From NCBI GenBank assembly GCA_963825865.1, contig CAWGVG010000026.1, positions 160,001 to 224,000 on the forward strand: a stretch of DNA of 64,000 nt. Reading direction: 5' to 3'. A program made the translations under genes and the position numbers. Below, in pieces: positions 1 to 11,709 of this stretch. This DNA comes from an uncultured Nitrososphaeraceae archaeon (GTDB lineage: Archaea; Thermoproteota; Nitrososphaeria; Nitrososphaerales; Nitrososphaeraceae). How positions within the stretch are numbered: position 1 is the first letter of the stretch; every line of letters starts with the position of its first letter. Below the pieces are notes generated by a model that saw only the letters and a program-made list of their open reading frames with translations, searched no databases and was not told the DNA's origin.

Positions 1-443
1 TGCACCGGTGGAAAGAGTGTATGAGTATTATACAAACCCAGACAATATTAAAGAAGCTTGGCCTCAAGATATAGTAAAGGAATCAGAGAGCCTTTCTTCT
101 TCTACAAAGAATGAAGAAGGATTTGAGATGAAGGTAAAAGGTAAATACATGGGAAAAGAAGAGGAAATGCGGCTGCAGGTAGTAGACAAAGAGCAAAATA
201 GAAGACTAGTTACGCATCAGGTACAAGGACCATTTAAAAAGTGGGAGAGTATACAGGAATTTCAAGATAACGATAGTAGAACAACTCATATCCGACACAC
301 AATTGACTATGAACTTCAAACTACAGGAAAGATTGCAAATATGCTTTCAGGAGCCAAGCAGATAACAAGATGCGAGAAGGATTACAGCAAGCAGCTCAAA
401 CAGTAAAGCAAAAGTTGGAATCACATAAGGCAGGCTTAGAATA
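1..443 (+). CDS. SRPBCC/polyketide cyclase (START-like) family protein; 5' end outside window, frameshift near 355
   Basis: APVERVYEYYTNPDNI and GPFKKWESIQEF patterns are typical of SRPBCC proteins. The alternative frame supplies the C-terminal helix (DNKMREGLQQAAQTVKQKLE) to a stop at ~443. Confidence 0.7.
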
Positions 444-493
444 AGCCACTCGCACAAGAAGAAGAATAAAAGAGGTAGGAGGATAATAACAAT

Positions 494-844
494 ATGTCAA
501 GAATAAATGGACAAAAAGTAGGGCATCTTGAGATACCAGCTGATAATGTAGAAAGTCTAAATGACTTTTACTCTTCATTGTTTGGCTGGCAGTTTGAAAA
601 AGGCCAAACACAAGGATATTGGATGATAAAAAATGCTGGTATTAGTGGTGGTTTGATGCAAAAAGAAAATCCTAAACAGCTTTCAACGATGTTCATTGAA
701 GTAGAATCTATAGAAGACTACACAGATAAGGTAAATGATTTAGGAGCTAAAGTAGTAAAGGATAAGCAAGAGATATCAGAGGGTTATTATGTAGTTTTAG
801 AAGATCCTCAAGGAAATACGTTTGGTGTTTGGCAGAATAAATAG
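494..844 (+). CDS. VOC family (glyoxalase/bleomycin resistance) protein
   Basis: HLEIPAD...FYSSLFGW and EDPQGNTFGVWQ motifs. Confidence 0.9.
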   Translation: MSRINGQKVGHLEIPADNVESLNDFYSSLFGWQFEKGQTQGYWMIKNAGISGGLMQKENPKQLSTMFIEVESIEDYTDKVNDLGAKVVKDKQEISEGYYVVLEDPQGNTFGVWQNK

Positions 845-905
845 CTGCGTTCAAATTCTTTGTTATATTGTATTGACATACAGATAATGAAGTGACTAAA
901 AAAAG

Positions 906-2329
906 ATGCAACAACAAGAACAAGAACAACCAAACACATTAAATCACTTAATCACTAACAGCTCCAGAGGACATAGCTTGAAAATTCTGATAACAGGTGC
1001 CAGTGGTTTTATTGGAAGTCGCCTGGTTTCTAGACTGTGTTCTTCTCCTTCATTTCACTCAAAGAAACACGAGATCATATGCATAACAAGAAATGTAGAC
1101 TCACTTGCTGGACGCTTCAATGAACAAGTAAAAATCATCAAAGCAGATGCTAGCAATTATCTCGAATTACTAAAAGCCATGACTGGGATTGATGTAGCAT
1201 TTTATTTAATACATTCGATGGAAGGATCTTCAAAAGATTGGAAGAAATTTGCAGAACGCGATAGAGTTGCTGCCGAAAATTTTGCCAAAGCTGCTACTGA
1301 ATGTCGAGTTAAGAGAATTATTTATCTTGGCGGTTTGAATAATGAAAAAGATATTGATAGCATATCTGGTCATATGCGAAGTAGAGCTCAGGTTGGAGAT
1401 ATATTAAAAACGTCATCCGCAAAGGTCACAATATTTCAGGCTGCCGTCATTTTAGGCCAAGGAGGAGGCTCGTTTCAGATGCTACAGTATCTTGTTGAAA
1501 GACTTCCAGTTATGATCTGTCCCAAATGGGTTTTGACTAAATCACAGCCCATATCAGTAGATGACGTCGTTACCTATCTAGTTCAAACTATTGATATACC
1601 AGATACAGAGAGTAGATCCTTTGATATTGGTGGACCTGATGTGCTAAGTTATCTGGACATGATGCAAAGATATGGAAAGATGATAAATAAATCAATCAAA
1701 ATAATAATAATTCCATTTCTAACTCCAAGACTTTCTTCTTATTGGGTTGACCTAATTACTCCTCTAAAAGCCTCCCTTGCTAGGCCATTAATTGATAGCC
1801 TCAAACATGAAGCAACTGTAAAAGATGATTCAATCAAAGACATCCTTCCTCTTAAATTAAAAAGCTTTGAAGAGTCAATCAAAGCAGCAAAAGAAGAGCA
1901 AATACGAAAAGCCAAGTATACTAAAAAAGAACATGTACTTCCCATTCTCTAAATAACAAAATCCTTCTGGTATCATTATTTACTATGGCTGCCATAGGAT
2001 CGGCTTACTATATGTTAGATTCTAGACCAGAGATATTTCATGCTAACTGGCTTGTTCTAAGCGCCTTATGGTATTTTGGTATTGCATTTTCTATATACTT
2101 TGTTTCAAAGAGTGCAAGACTTGGGGCTATGACGGCAGGTATAATCGGCTGGATAACACTAGTTTTCTGGTTAACTGACAATATCTATACTATATCAAGC
2201 CACTCGTTAATTGCTAGTTCTCCAAATATGATGATGACTATAAGGAATTTCATTGGTGTGGTTATTGCAACATTTGTTGTGGCAGCATCACATAACATCT
2301 TCCATAAAATAAGGATTCATGATTTATAA
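906..2329 (+). CDS. NAD(P)-binding atypical SDR/epimerase (YbjT-like) with a C-terminal membrane domain; split by a frameshift near 1935
   Basis: ILITGASGFIG Rossmann motif, YLIHSM, LSSYWVDLITP. The downstream frame (TSHSLNNKILLVSLFTMAAIG...) is open across the junction into hydrophobic ORF 1985-2329. Confidence 0.75.
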
Positions 2330-2393
2330 AGTTAGGCACTATATTCATGTTTAGACACTTGTTTTTATACTATATTTGTATTATTAACAGAAT

Positions 2394-2972
2394 ATGGAAT
2401 GGCAGATGACGACGACACCTAAAATATTCATAGTGTATTGTACTATCGCTGGTTTTATATCAGCATGGGCAATTTCTGGACTTCTTGTAGTAATAGACCT
2501 GATATCAGGGATGCCAGCAGGTACATTCTTTGGTGTAATTGGTACTTCCTTAGGATTTACAGATCCAACCAATGCTGAATACGTAGGATTTGCTCTGCAT
2601 GTATTAACTGGAATGGCTGCTGGAAATATCTTTGGACAGATTGCATTGTTTTGGCATAAAGTTATACCATATAATTCAAGACATGGAATAACAAGCGGGA
2701 TGATAGTTGGTATGGCATTATGGATTATTCTATTTGTACCCCTTGCAACATTTGGTATACAGCCCAGATTAGACTCATATTCAAAATCAGCACCAAATCA
2801 ATATATCTATAATATAGCAAATCATTTCCAGGGCCTGTATCCTGTCATTATTGCAGGTTCATTTGTATTTCATATCATATATGGTGTATTGATGGGATTT
2901 ATCTCAGGAAGGATGGCAGAACTAAGGACATTTGCAAAGTTAAAATCTACTGCTGCAAATAGTTTACCATAA
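2394..2972 (+). CDS. Gly-rich multi-pass membrane protein with two intramembrane His
   Basis: Hydrophobic helices; GFALHVLTG and FHIIYGVLMG. Confidence 0.7.
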   Translation: MEWQMTTTPKIFIVYCTIAGFISAWAISGLLVVIDLISGMPAGTFFGVIGTSLGFTDPTNAEYVGFALHVLTGMAAGNIFGQIALFWHKVIPYNSRHGITSGMIVGMALWIILFVPLATFGIQPRLDSYSKSAPNQYIYNIANHFQGLYPVIIAGSFVFHIIYGVLMGFISGRMAELRTFAKLKSTAANSLP

Positions 2973-3488
2973 CTTTTTTTGATAGCATCATGATCACACG
3001 TTACTGCAACAAGCGTCACCACATGTCGTTGCCATCAATTTTACAGCATAATTCAAAGTAGGTTATTTTCAAAAGATGGTATATATAAGAAATAAGAACG
3101 TAAAGGTGGACCAGCAGTAAATGGAGTTAACAGTTATGACACAATAAATGTTAGAGTAATGCAAAATGCATCAGCTAAAGAGCTAGTGACGTTAATAAAC
3201 AATATGTATTAAAATAGATTTAATGAATAGCACAGCACTTTGTAGTTGCTAATTCTGTAGCCATATGTGCTGGATCTTTATTTCCTGTCTCTTCAAATAT
3301 TAAATCACCTTGTTTTCACTCTCCTCTAATGACATGCTATGATCAAACCATTTATGAAAAAGATGCACAATTTTTATAATTATCTGAAAACATTTAATTT
3401 TTCTGTCAAGTAACGGATCATGGATAATAGCCGGTGAAGTTGTCTTCAATGATTTTTAATTACAAAAGGTAGTAGAGAGTAAAAAATG

Positions 3489-3526
3489 TTTATATTGCTA
3501 TGCTGTCAATATACTGACTGGTCAGT
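3489..3526 (+). promoter_or_regulatory. TATA box followed by palindrome ACTGAC-TG-GTCAGT (3513-3526); candidate TetR operator
   Basis: TTTATAT at ~3489 preceded by an A-rich BRE-like tract. A perfect 6-bp inverted repeat lies ~25 bp downstream, ahead of a two-gene unit containing a TetR gene. Confidence 0.6.
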
Positions 3527-3567
3527 TATGTTTATTAATAGCCTTTACTAATATTACTTAATCAAAA

Positions 3568-4722
3568 ATGATGCTCAATAACAGAATTAACAGCCTTATG
3601 AGATCTCATCCTATAACTGTATCGGTGGCGGTATTGATTATAGCCACAGTAGGAGCTTTTCTCCAGACAGTAGGAGCAAGTTGGGATGTTACATCTCACT
3701 TGTTAAGACGTCCTGAAACCTTCTTCACACCTTCACATATTATGCTTTATGCAGGTGTTGGTTTATTGATTATATCTGCGATAATTAGTTCACATTTGTT
3801 GCTAAAGAATAAAGTAATTCGTACCAAGTCATTTAGCACCGCTTTCAAATTGCTTATAATAGGATCTGTAATATCACTTGTAGCCGGCCCCTCTGACTAT
3901 CTGTGGCACCAGACATTTGGAGTTGACGGATTGCTTAGCCCAACTCACCTAACTTTAGTTACGGGTATGTTGATTAATTCTATTGCCATAGTATTAGGAC
4001 TTGCTAGGATAGTTGTACATTTGCCAACAGCAAGAGAAAGGAGATTGATTAAAGCTTTAATGATTCCTGCATTCGCAGTTATGTGGCTTATGATGATATG
4101 GTATGTCTATATGTTTGCTTTACCACTTTCTAATGGAGTGCACTTTAACTTTAACCTAAATCCAGTTTATGAATCAATAATTGTTATTATTGCTTTACCT
4201 ACGATTGGTTCGATGGTTTTTATAACCGCATCTAGAACTATTGGAAGATTTGGAGCAGCTAGTGCAGTAACTGCACTATTGCTAGGAATGAACTCATTTG
4301 CAAACATAGTACCATCTAATCAATTAATGCCTTTTCTACCCTGGTATCTGATGCTTATAATACCTGCAGTAGTTTCAGATCTAATATTAAACAAGTCCAT
4401 AATAATTAGAAGATCAAAGACGATACTGAAGACGGAAAGACCTGTGATAATTTCAGGTGCAATAATTGGCTCAATGTTCTATATCCTCGGTTATCCAATG
4501 CTTCCAATAACATTTGCAGAACCGCTAAGCTATACTTTCCATTCAATGAATGATATATTAGTGAACTTTGTAAGAACCCTTCCATTGGTACTCGTTTTCA
4601 CTACAGTTCCTGGAGTCACAATGGGAATCACTGGCGCGATTATATCGACAAAGAAAATAAAAATACTACAGGCGAATATTCCAAGCAATACATTATCTGA
4701 AGTGAAAAATAATGAACTATAA
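3568..4722 (+). CDS. Polytopic membrane protein with two D-x3-H-x12-H motifs (AmoC/PmoC-like metal-site signature)
   Basis: WDVTSHLLRRPETFFTPSH (D40/H44/H57) and SDYLWHQTFGVDGLLSPTH (D110/H114/H127); about 10 hydrophobic segments. Confidence 0.8.
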   Translation: MMLNNRINSLMRSHPITVSVAVLIIATVGAFLQTVGASWDVTSHLLRRPETFFTPSHIMLYAGVGLLIISAIISSHLLLKNKVIRTKSFSTAFKLLIIGSVISLVAGPSDYLWHQTFGVDGLLSPTHLTLVTGMLINSIAIVLGLARIVVHLPTARERRLIKALMIPAFAVMWLMMIWYVYMFALPLSNGVHFNFNLNPVYESIIVIIALPTIGSMVFITASRTIGRFGAASAVTALLLGMNSFANIVPSNQLMPFLPWYLMLIIPAVVSDLILNKSIIIRRSKTILKTERPVIISGAIIGSMFYILGYPMLPITFAEPLSYTFHSMNDILVNFVRTLPLVLVFTTVPGVTMGITGAIISTKKIKILQANIPSNTLSEVKNNEL

Positions 4723-4755
4723 CAATAGTAGAACATAAGGAATAGGAAAAAAGAC

Positions 4756-5355
4756 GTGTGTCCAAAAGTTACCTCACGATACAAGACAGATATAAGAGAA
4801 AGAATAGTTCAATCTGCTATTGAATGTTTTTCCAAATATGGGTTTGATAGAACTAGGATGGATGATATATCTCAGACAGCAAATCTAAGTAAGGGAACAC
4901 TATATCTCTATTTTAAAAGCAAAGAAGATTTGTTTTATGCAATTTGTGAAAATAATCTTAAAGTGCTAAAAGAGCAATTATCTCAGATATTTGTAACAAC
5001 AAAAGATGATTTATTGTTTGATGCAGAACAGTTTTACGATAACCTCCACAAGCTGGAAAAGAGGGGGAATGAAAAAGTATTTTTTGAAATAGTAGCTGAA
5101 TCATCCCGTAATCCAAAATTACAGAGAATACTATATGAGCAAAGAACAAAAATATTTGATGTTGTTAAGGAGTATTTAGATCTTCAAGTTCAAAAGGGAT
5201 TTTTTAGAAAAGATATAGACACAGAAGCTATAGCATCAGGACTAGTAGCTCTTTATAACGGGTTAGCTGTATGTAAATTTTTGGGAATAAGTGGAAATTG
5301 GAACAAAAAGGCTTGGGTTGGAACAGTTAAAGCTATTATTACTGGTATAAGTTAA
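4756..5355 (+). CDS. TetR/AcrR family transcriptional regulator
   Basis: FSKYGFDRTRMDDISQTANLSKGTLYLYFKSKEDL HTH signature. Confidence 0.95.
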   Translation: MCPKVTSRYKTDIRERIVQSAIECFSKYGFDRTRMDDISQTANLSKGTLYLYFKSKEDLFYAICENNLKVLKEQLSQIFVTTKDDLLFDAEQFYDNLHKLEKRGNEKVFFEIVAESSRNPKLQRILYEQRTKIFDVVKEYLDLQVQKGFFRKDIDTEAIASGLVALYNGLAVCKFLGISGNWNKKAWVGTVKAIITGIS

Positions 5356-5397
5356 CGCCACTATACTGGAAGTATCTTATTAACAGAAATACCAGAT

Positions 5398-5912
5398 AGG
5401 CCAGACAGAGGTTACAATCGGTATTCCGCCAGGATGGGGAGGGACTCAAAGACTGTTAAGAATTGTTGGTCCTGCAAGAACAAAAGAACTTATCTATACT
5501 GGTAAAATGATTACAGCATGGGAAGCAGAAAGAATTGGTCTTGTTAATAAATTAGTTAGTTTGACGCCAGAAGAAGAATTAAGCGTACTAAGCGACAAAG
5601 TAGCCACTACTGCCAGAGCAACCACCACTACAGCTTCAAAAGAAGAGCAACAACAAGAAAAACAAATAGCAGATAGTAAACTAGCAAAAATTCTAAACAA
5701 AAAGTTAATGGACGAATGTCTTTGCCTTTTCAAGAGAGATTACAAAGAATAGTTTTGCTGCTGTTAAAACTAGCAAAATGTTAATCAACAAAGGAATGGA
5801 TGCAGACATTGATACGGGATTAAGGTTAGAGATTTATGGTTGGGCATTATGTTTTGCACATGAAGACAGACAAAAAATGATGTCATCTTTTTTGAATAAA
5901 GGAAAGAAATAA
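5398..5912 (+). pseudogene. C-terminal half of an enoyl-CoA hydratase/crotonase (3-hydroxypropionyl-CoA dehydratase/crotonyl-CoA hydratase-like)
   Basis: [24 protein letters not shown]...EAERIGLVN...LINKGMDADIDTGLRLE. The N-terminal half is absent and there is a frameshift near 5730. Confidence 0.8.
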
Positions 5913-6251
5913 AGAGAGAAAGGTCTTCCTTTAGAGTAATTATTTTATCTTTCTCTATCTAAGTTGTATAATTTGTTTACAGCATGTGACCAGTGACAGG
6001 GATGGTACAGTCACACGCTCAAAGTGTTATATCGCTGGGCACAGAGTGTCATATTTTAATTAGATACGTTTCTGTGTGTTATTACAAAATCAGAAGGCAA
6101 CAAGGAGGAGATATATTTTAAATATTAACAATTACAATATTCACAAAACCATAGTTCCTTCAAATCATATGCGTGTTAAAATGATGCGTGCTAAAAATGA
6201 GCAATTCTAAGATAATACTTTTTATAGTTCCCTTTTAGAAATTCAATTGTG

Positions 6252-6494
6252 TCACCACTTAAAATTAAGTGTCGATTCCTCGCTATATCCATACCATATC
6301 CTATAGATGTGATTTACTTCTATGGTGAGTATTTCCGCAAACAGGTGAGACCTTTTCCCTAATTCCTTCAATAGATATTGGTCTGACAATATCAGCCTTT
6401 CAAACTCTTTGAGAAGATCCATGTTGTAAAAGTTAAGTGAAATATTACTTTCGAATTCATGATAAGGTAAATTATTTTTTCTAATACTACGCAT
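6252..6494 (-). CDS. Hypothetical protein, possibly the 3' part of a degraded gene
   Basis: ORF track only. Confidence 0.3.
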   Translation of the reverse strand: MRSIRKNNLPYHEFESNISLNFYNMDLLKEFERLILSDQYLLKELGKRSHLFAEILTIEVNHIYRIWYGYSEESTLNFKW

Positions 6495-6772
6495 AATACT
6501 TAAAAATTTTTCGCCGCTCTGCCGCTCTCATCAACCTTTGCAGGAATTTTGTTTTCAAAATCCATACCAATTCATTCAATGATTGTTTCTGCTTGGACAT
6601 CATCTAGTTGCGTCGCACCAAAATTTTCGAAGGTACTTCCTTCTGATTTGATCGTTATTTACCATAAAACATCAGACATCCTAAGGCTAACTATATACCA
6701 AATTATCAAATGAAATTGGTAAAAATTAAGAATTGGAAATTATGCCTCCACCCTCATTTATTTAAACTATTG

Positions 6773-7491
6773 TTAATTATTTAAATCAGTAGTCTTACGC
6801 AAATACTCAGTAATTCTATCATCAAGCATTTTATATTGATTTTCGTTTATGTCTCTCTTTTGCAACAGGTATATAATATCACAACGCAAAGCATCCAAAA
6901 AGTCCAGATATTCATTTTTGTTTTTGTCTTTGTTTGTAGGTTTTGTTGTTCTACAAAGTTCGTCATATTTATTATGGATTTTTAATAAATATGTGCCCAG
7001 GAATTTTGACTGCTTTCTTCCCCTTAAAAAGCCTGGTACGGTCACTATAGCTCCAGTAGCCGCTGCTCCAGTTCCTATAGCAGTTGAGATAGTAGATAAG
7101 GAAAGGAGTTTAGTGTTATTATTATTATTTTCTTGTTGTTGAGCAGTGCCTACTACTTGGATACGGTCAAAGGGAGAGTAGGCTGCTACGGTTCCGATAA
7201 CAGATAGGGAGAATATTCCCATCATTATTATTATTTTATTCTTATTGCTACTTTTCTCTATCTTGGCGGCAAAACTGAACATAAAGCAATTCCATTATTC
7301 TCTATTAGTTCTCCCAAAATATAACCTGCAATAAATATTGATATTTGAAATTGGAAGGCTTTGATACTCTTGGATCTGAGTGCAAGCCACACAAATAGGA
7401 CCAATGGTACCAAAGACAGAATGAATGTAATACCACGCATAGAATGAAGAAAATCAGCGGAATTACTATTTACCAGCATTGTTATTTTCAA
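6773..7491 (-). CDS. Hypothetical membrane protein (two overlapping ORFs, probably one frameshifted gene)
   Basis: Hydrophobic segments; ORFs 7258-7491 and 6773-7282 overlap in adjacent frames. Confidence 0.45.
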
Positions 7492-8871
7492 ATATATTTA
7501 TCATGTCTTAAGTTCCTCCTGCTGTTGCTGTTTTTTTAACTTCCGCGTACTAATAAGATATATTGCTCCAAAGAAAAGCAATGCCACTATCGATAATGGT
7601 TCTAGGAATCCTTTTGCCAATAATCTAAAGCCAATGATTGAAGCAATGTGGTAGATAACCTGCACTAAAATAAAACCTACAAAGTTACCATTGTTAATTT
7701 TCTTTCTTGATTTTAAAATAAAGTAACTGGAATTATAGCAGCAATGAGATAAACAATAGCATCAATAAGGTTATAATAATATTGAGTTTGTAGCATTTTA
7801 AGACTGGTTCACCACTATTTAACGACCAATGCTTTATAATGATATTGAACATTAAAAGGCGAATTGCACTGAATATGATTGTTCCTCATTATGGGTCAAT
7901 AGGGTCAGTACATGAGCGTAGTGAGAAATATGAATAATACTACAAATTTATCTAACTATTAAGGACATTCTTCACCAAATCTTCTTTGTCTCACTTCTCA
8001 CCTTTTTCACCTTATGGTCCTTCCGGAGTAAGATGCTCAGAACGCGGCTGAGGCTGGAGAGGCTGCTGCAGCTCAAGATAAATTTGGAAATGCACGATTA
8101 TTTGTTTGAACATCACTAGATGATAGCCATTTATTGAAATAAGCACAAAAAGTAGGATTGAGTATTGAGAGATTCATTCGTTCATTCTAATAACAATCAG
8201 AGAATGTAAAGATATTTTCTTCACAAGGACAATATAATAAGGGATCAGAGTAAAAGAAGTTTTACTTTGAAGACCTTCTGTTCCTTCTTTTTAATGTTAT
8301 CATTTAAAGCTCTAGTATTAGTTCTGTTATTCAACGAAGTTTTTATGAAACCCCTTGTGTCAATTTTGTATATTCCTTACACATTACTCAGAAAAGACAG
8401 ATTTCCCGTTGCATTGGCGTCAAAAATTGCAACACCATAGTTTCCTATTGCCTCAAAAGTATAAGTTGCTTTTCAACTCTGTGTGTCATTCGCTGCTGCT
8501 ATAAAATCTGCTCTTCCTTTAACATAAATAACATCTCCTGGTCTTGGAATAATTAAGCCTTTTCCTGCACTGGTAACGCTTATACCTTTTGTAGTTCCAT
8601 TACCAGAGAACATTGCGTCTGTTACTTTAGTTCCATTAACGGTAACCTCCTTTTGATTAATAATCTTGAAATGCTCTCTGTATAAAGGCCAGAAAAATCC
8701 GATTAATAGTTACCAAATCTTCTTCTGTGAAGTTTGCTGTCTTTCGTTCTTCTTTTGGCTCTCACATCTTGCAAGTCTCACATTGTGAAAATGCTTGTAT
8801 TTTTGTTTCTGAATGATGAGCATCAATCATCCTGGTAATTTTCAGAAATACTCATGTGATATTATTCTTTT

Positions 8872-9519
8872 TCATTCTTCGATACCAATTGCACGTATAG
8901 GTGAACCTGAAGCGCCAACAAGTTTTAGTGGAGTGATTAAGAGCGTAAATTTTTCATTGTTGAATCTGCATAAATTACATAAATTTTCTATTACTAGAAT
9001 TTGATTTGATAGGAGCGTTTTATGAGCTATGAATCCGCTATCAGTACCTATATCAATGCTCGGACAATCTATTGCTACGGCATTAATTTTTTTCTCGACC
9101 AAATATTCTGCGGCGTCCTTTGATAAACCTGGATTATTTTTCATATAGTTATCTTTTTCCTTAATTTGCTTTTCCCATCCTGTTGAAAAGACAACAGTGT
9201 CTTTTTCTTTTATTTCATATTTACTGTTACATATTATATCATGGCTAGTAATCATTTGATTGGAATTTTTCTGTATTTTTATGAGTATGGTATTATTACA
9301 AATGTATCTATAGACTTCAACTTGATCTATGGTTGGGCCATTTGGATTGAAATGAAACGGAGCATCCATGTGTGTTCCTGTATGAGTGCTCAAGAACACA
9401 ACTTCTGAAACATATCCTTGAGTCTCAAATTTTGACCATTTTATGAAAGTAGGCACTGGATATCCAGGGAAGGTTATCATATCCGGGGTGATTTCAAGTG
9501 TAAGGTCAACTATTTTCAT
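8872..9519 (-). CDS. Cyclase family metal-dependent hydrolase (kynurenine formamidase-like)
   Basis: HTGTHMDAPFHF motif, VIENL, GASGSPIRA. Confidence 0.92.
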   Translation of the reverse strand: MKIVDLTLEITPDMITFPGYPVPTFIKWSKFETQGYVSEVVFLSTHTGTHMDAPFHFNPNGPTIDQVEVYRYICNNTILIKIQKNSNQMITSHDIICNSKYEIKEKDTVVFSTGWEKQIKEKDNYMKNNPGLSKDAAEYLVEKKINAVAIDCPSIDIGTDSGFIAHKTLLSNQILVIENLCNLCRFNNEKFTLLITPLKLVGASGSPIRAIGIEE

Positions 9520-10104
9520 ATTTTATTACGACATTTTACTACTATTATTATTTTCATTCGTCATTACCTATCTACATCACAAGCCATGATCTTAGTAGAC
9601 CTTCCTTTGAAAAGTTAAGTTTATTCTCTGTCCGGCTATTTTTAGACTTGAGTAAACTATGTAGTCAATTCGTTTGTGTAGCATCTTTCATTATAAGCAA
9701 ACTGCCATGTTCGTACAACTGAAATCGTTTGTTTAGTTTGCTCATGCTTAAATGAAAATTTTTGTTCTGCTCCAAAACTCAATGGCGATGTACTATTTTT
9801 TCTAATGTTTTTTCATCATTACTATGCACGCTATACCTCCATTTCCATTGTTATATAAGTTCGACAAACAGGAACTGAATTTTGTATTGAATTGTATAAA
9901 GAATCAGAAGCAGATGATGTAATACATCGTCACTACATATGATAATTTTTGATCTTTCATGTGCACGTCCAGAATAAATACTATCTTTTGGAATTATAGT
10001 GCGATGAATACAAAAACAACAATGGCCAAAACCCATAGAAGGTAATGGCGCAAGAAGAATACTTATAGCAAAGTAGGATGAAAACAGGAGGAATTATAAC
10101 ATTA

Positions 10105-10256
10105 ATGTATAACAAAGAATCATGCAAGGCATGTGGAAGTTATCTGACTTCTGTTTCATGTGTGAGGATTGCGAGGAGCAAATTTCATGGGTATGTAGTA
10201 AATGTGATAGAATGTATGATGTAACTCACGCGCACAATGTATTGGTTCTAAAATAA
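10105..10256 (+). CDS. Small Cys-rich zinc-ribbon protein (frameshifted)
   Basis: MYNKESCKACGSYL ... CEDCEEQISWVCSKCDRMYDVTHAH read across one indel. Confidence 0.5.
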
Positions 10257-10609
10257 CGTTAAATGGCAACGGATAATTTACCTACTTGGAACAAGCAAAA
10301 CAACAGCAACAACAGCAACAGATGATTACAAGACTGCAGCAGCAGTAAAAGCAGTTAACCCAAACCAGTCAACTGACAAGGAATTCTGGATGACAAACTA
10401 CAAATTGAAAAGACTGGTTCTGGTTTTCAAGTTGATTGGGACGTAAACGCTGTTGACTGACCTCCGAGAGTAAGTTGAGGACGTAGAGAAGACTCTTTTA
10501 GATCGAGTTCGACGGGTCCAACTTTAGCTTTCCTTATCTAGGTACTAGGAAAATTAAGACTGCAAGTCCTACGATGATTAGATAATATTCAGGGATCTTA
10601 ATTGGTTTA

Positions 10610-11709
10610 CTATACTCACTAACATTAATTCGCTAACTCACATTCCTCGATAGATACTTGACTATGTCTAGTTTGAAACGCTTTGTTCTATAGTAATTAG
10701 CTATAGCACATGTTAGATCTTGAAATCTAGGATAGTATTTTGATACAAGCAGATCATATTTTCCCTGTCTCCAGCATTCTTCGACGGCATTGAATTCAGA
10801 CGAACCTTTTGGAAAGTATATCACTTTTAGGACATCTTTACTTTTCTCTATGTATTCCCTTACAATCTCGGAGCGATAGTGTTGACGTGCTCTGTCTATA
10901 AACAGTATTAGTTTTCCACCAAACTTCTTTTGCATTTGTATGAGATAATCCAGAAAGGAGTATTGGTTAAAGAATTCATATTGACGAAAGAATTGTCTTC
11001 CATCTATAGATAGGGCACCAAATACACATGTCCTTTGATGCGATCCGGTCATTGTTACAATTGGTCGCATTCTATCTGCAGTCCACATCTTTCTTCGAAC
11101 TAACGAATCATGTATAAAGATGGATTCGTCCATAACTGTGGCTGTAAAGCCTTCAGGTATATGCGAGATTATCCTTTTAGCCTTTTTCGAAATTTATCTT
11201 TCTCTTGCTTTGATGCAGCATTAACAAATCTCATTCTGGGTACTTTAGGACTGAAACCCCATCTATGTAATAGTCGGTAGATGTGAACTTCATGATATTT
11301 GACTCCTGTTCTTTTATATATCAAATTCATCACTTCTTTAGCCATCCATCCTGACTGATTTTCTGATAGCTCTCTTCTTATCCTAGTAGATGTTTCTTTT
11401 GATACTTCTGGAGGTCTACCGGTTCTAACTCTATCTTTCAATCCATTCAAACCTTCCTTATCAAATCTCTTGAGCCATTTGTAAGCCCACCATCTAGATC
11501 TATGGAATTCCTTTTCAGCTACACTGGATGCTTCTTTCTTATCTCCTCTAACACGCCTTGCTAGTAGAATTCTTTCCCGTACGTTAGCATTCTTTTCTTT
11601 TCTATAGGCTTTGTTCAAAATTGCAGTCGACGTCAAAGCGAATACAGAGTGTACTCGTAACAGACTCAAGCTAAATTGGTGTTGACCAAGATCCTTAGAC
11701 AGTTGTATC
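10610..11709 (-). mobile_element. IS630 family insertion sequence (HTH ORF 11169-11711 plus DDE ORF 10633-11133 in the -1 frame); ends approximate
   Basis: WLKRFDKEGLNGLKDRVRTGRPP winged helix; MDES...FIDRARQH...EFNAVEECW DDE triad; A-run at the frame junction. No convincing TIRs found. Confidence 0.88.

Noticed and set aside
3568-4722. Calling the gene amoC
   Set aside because: Only the motif spacing matches; length, remaining sequence and context differ from the highly conserved archaeal AmoC.
8380-8800. Possible degraded minus-strand gene for a secreted protein
   Set aside because: Multiple stops and no family I can name with confidence.
10610-10640. Terminal inverted repeats for the first IS630
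   Set aside because: The best alignment with the ~11680-11709 end is too weak to assert.
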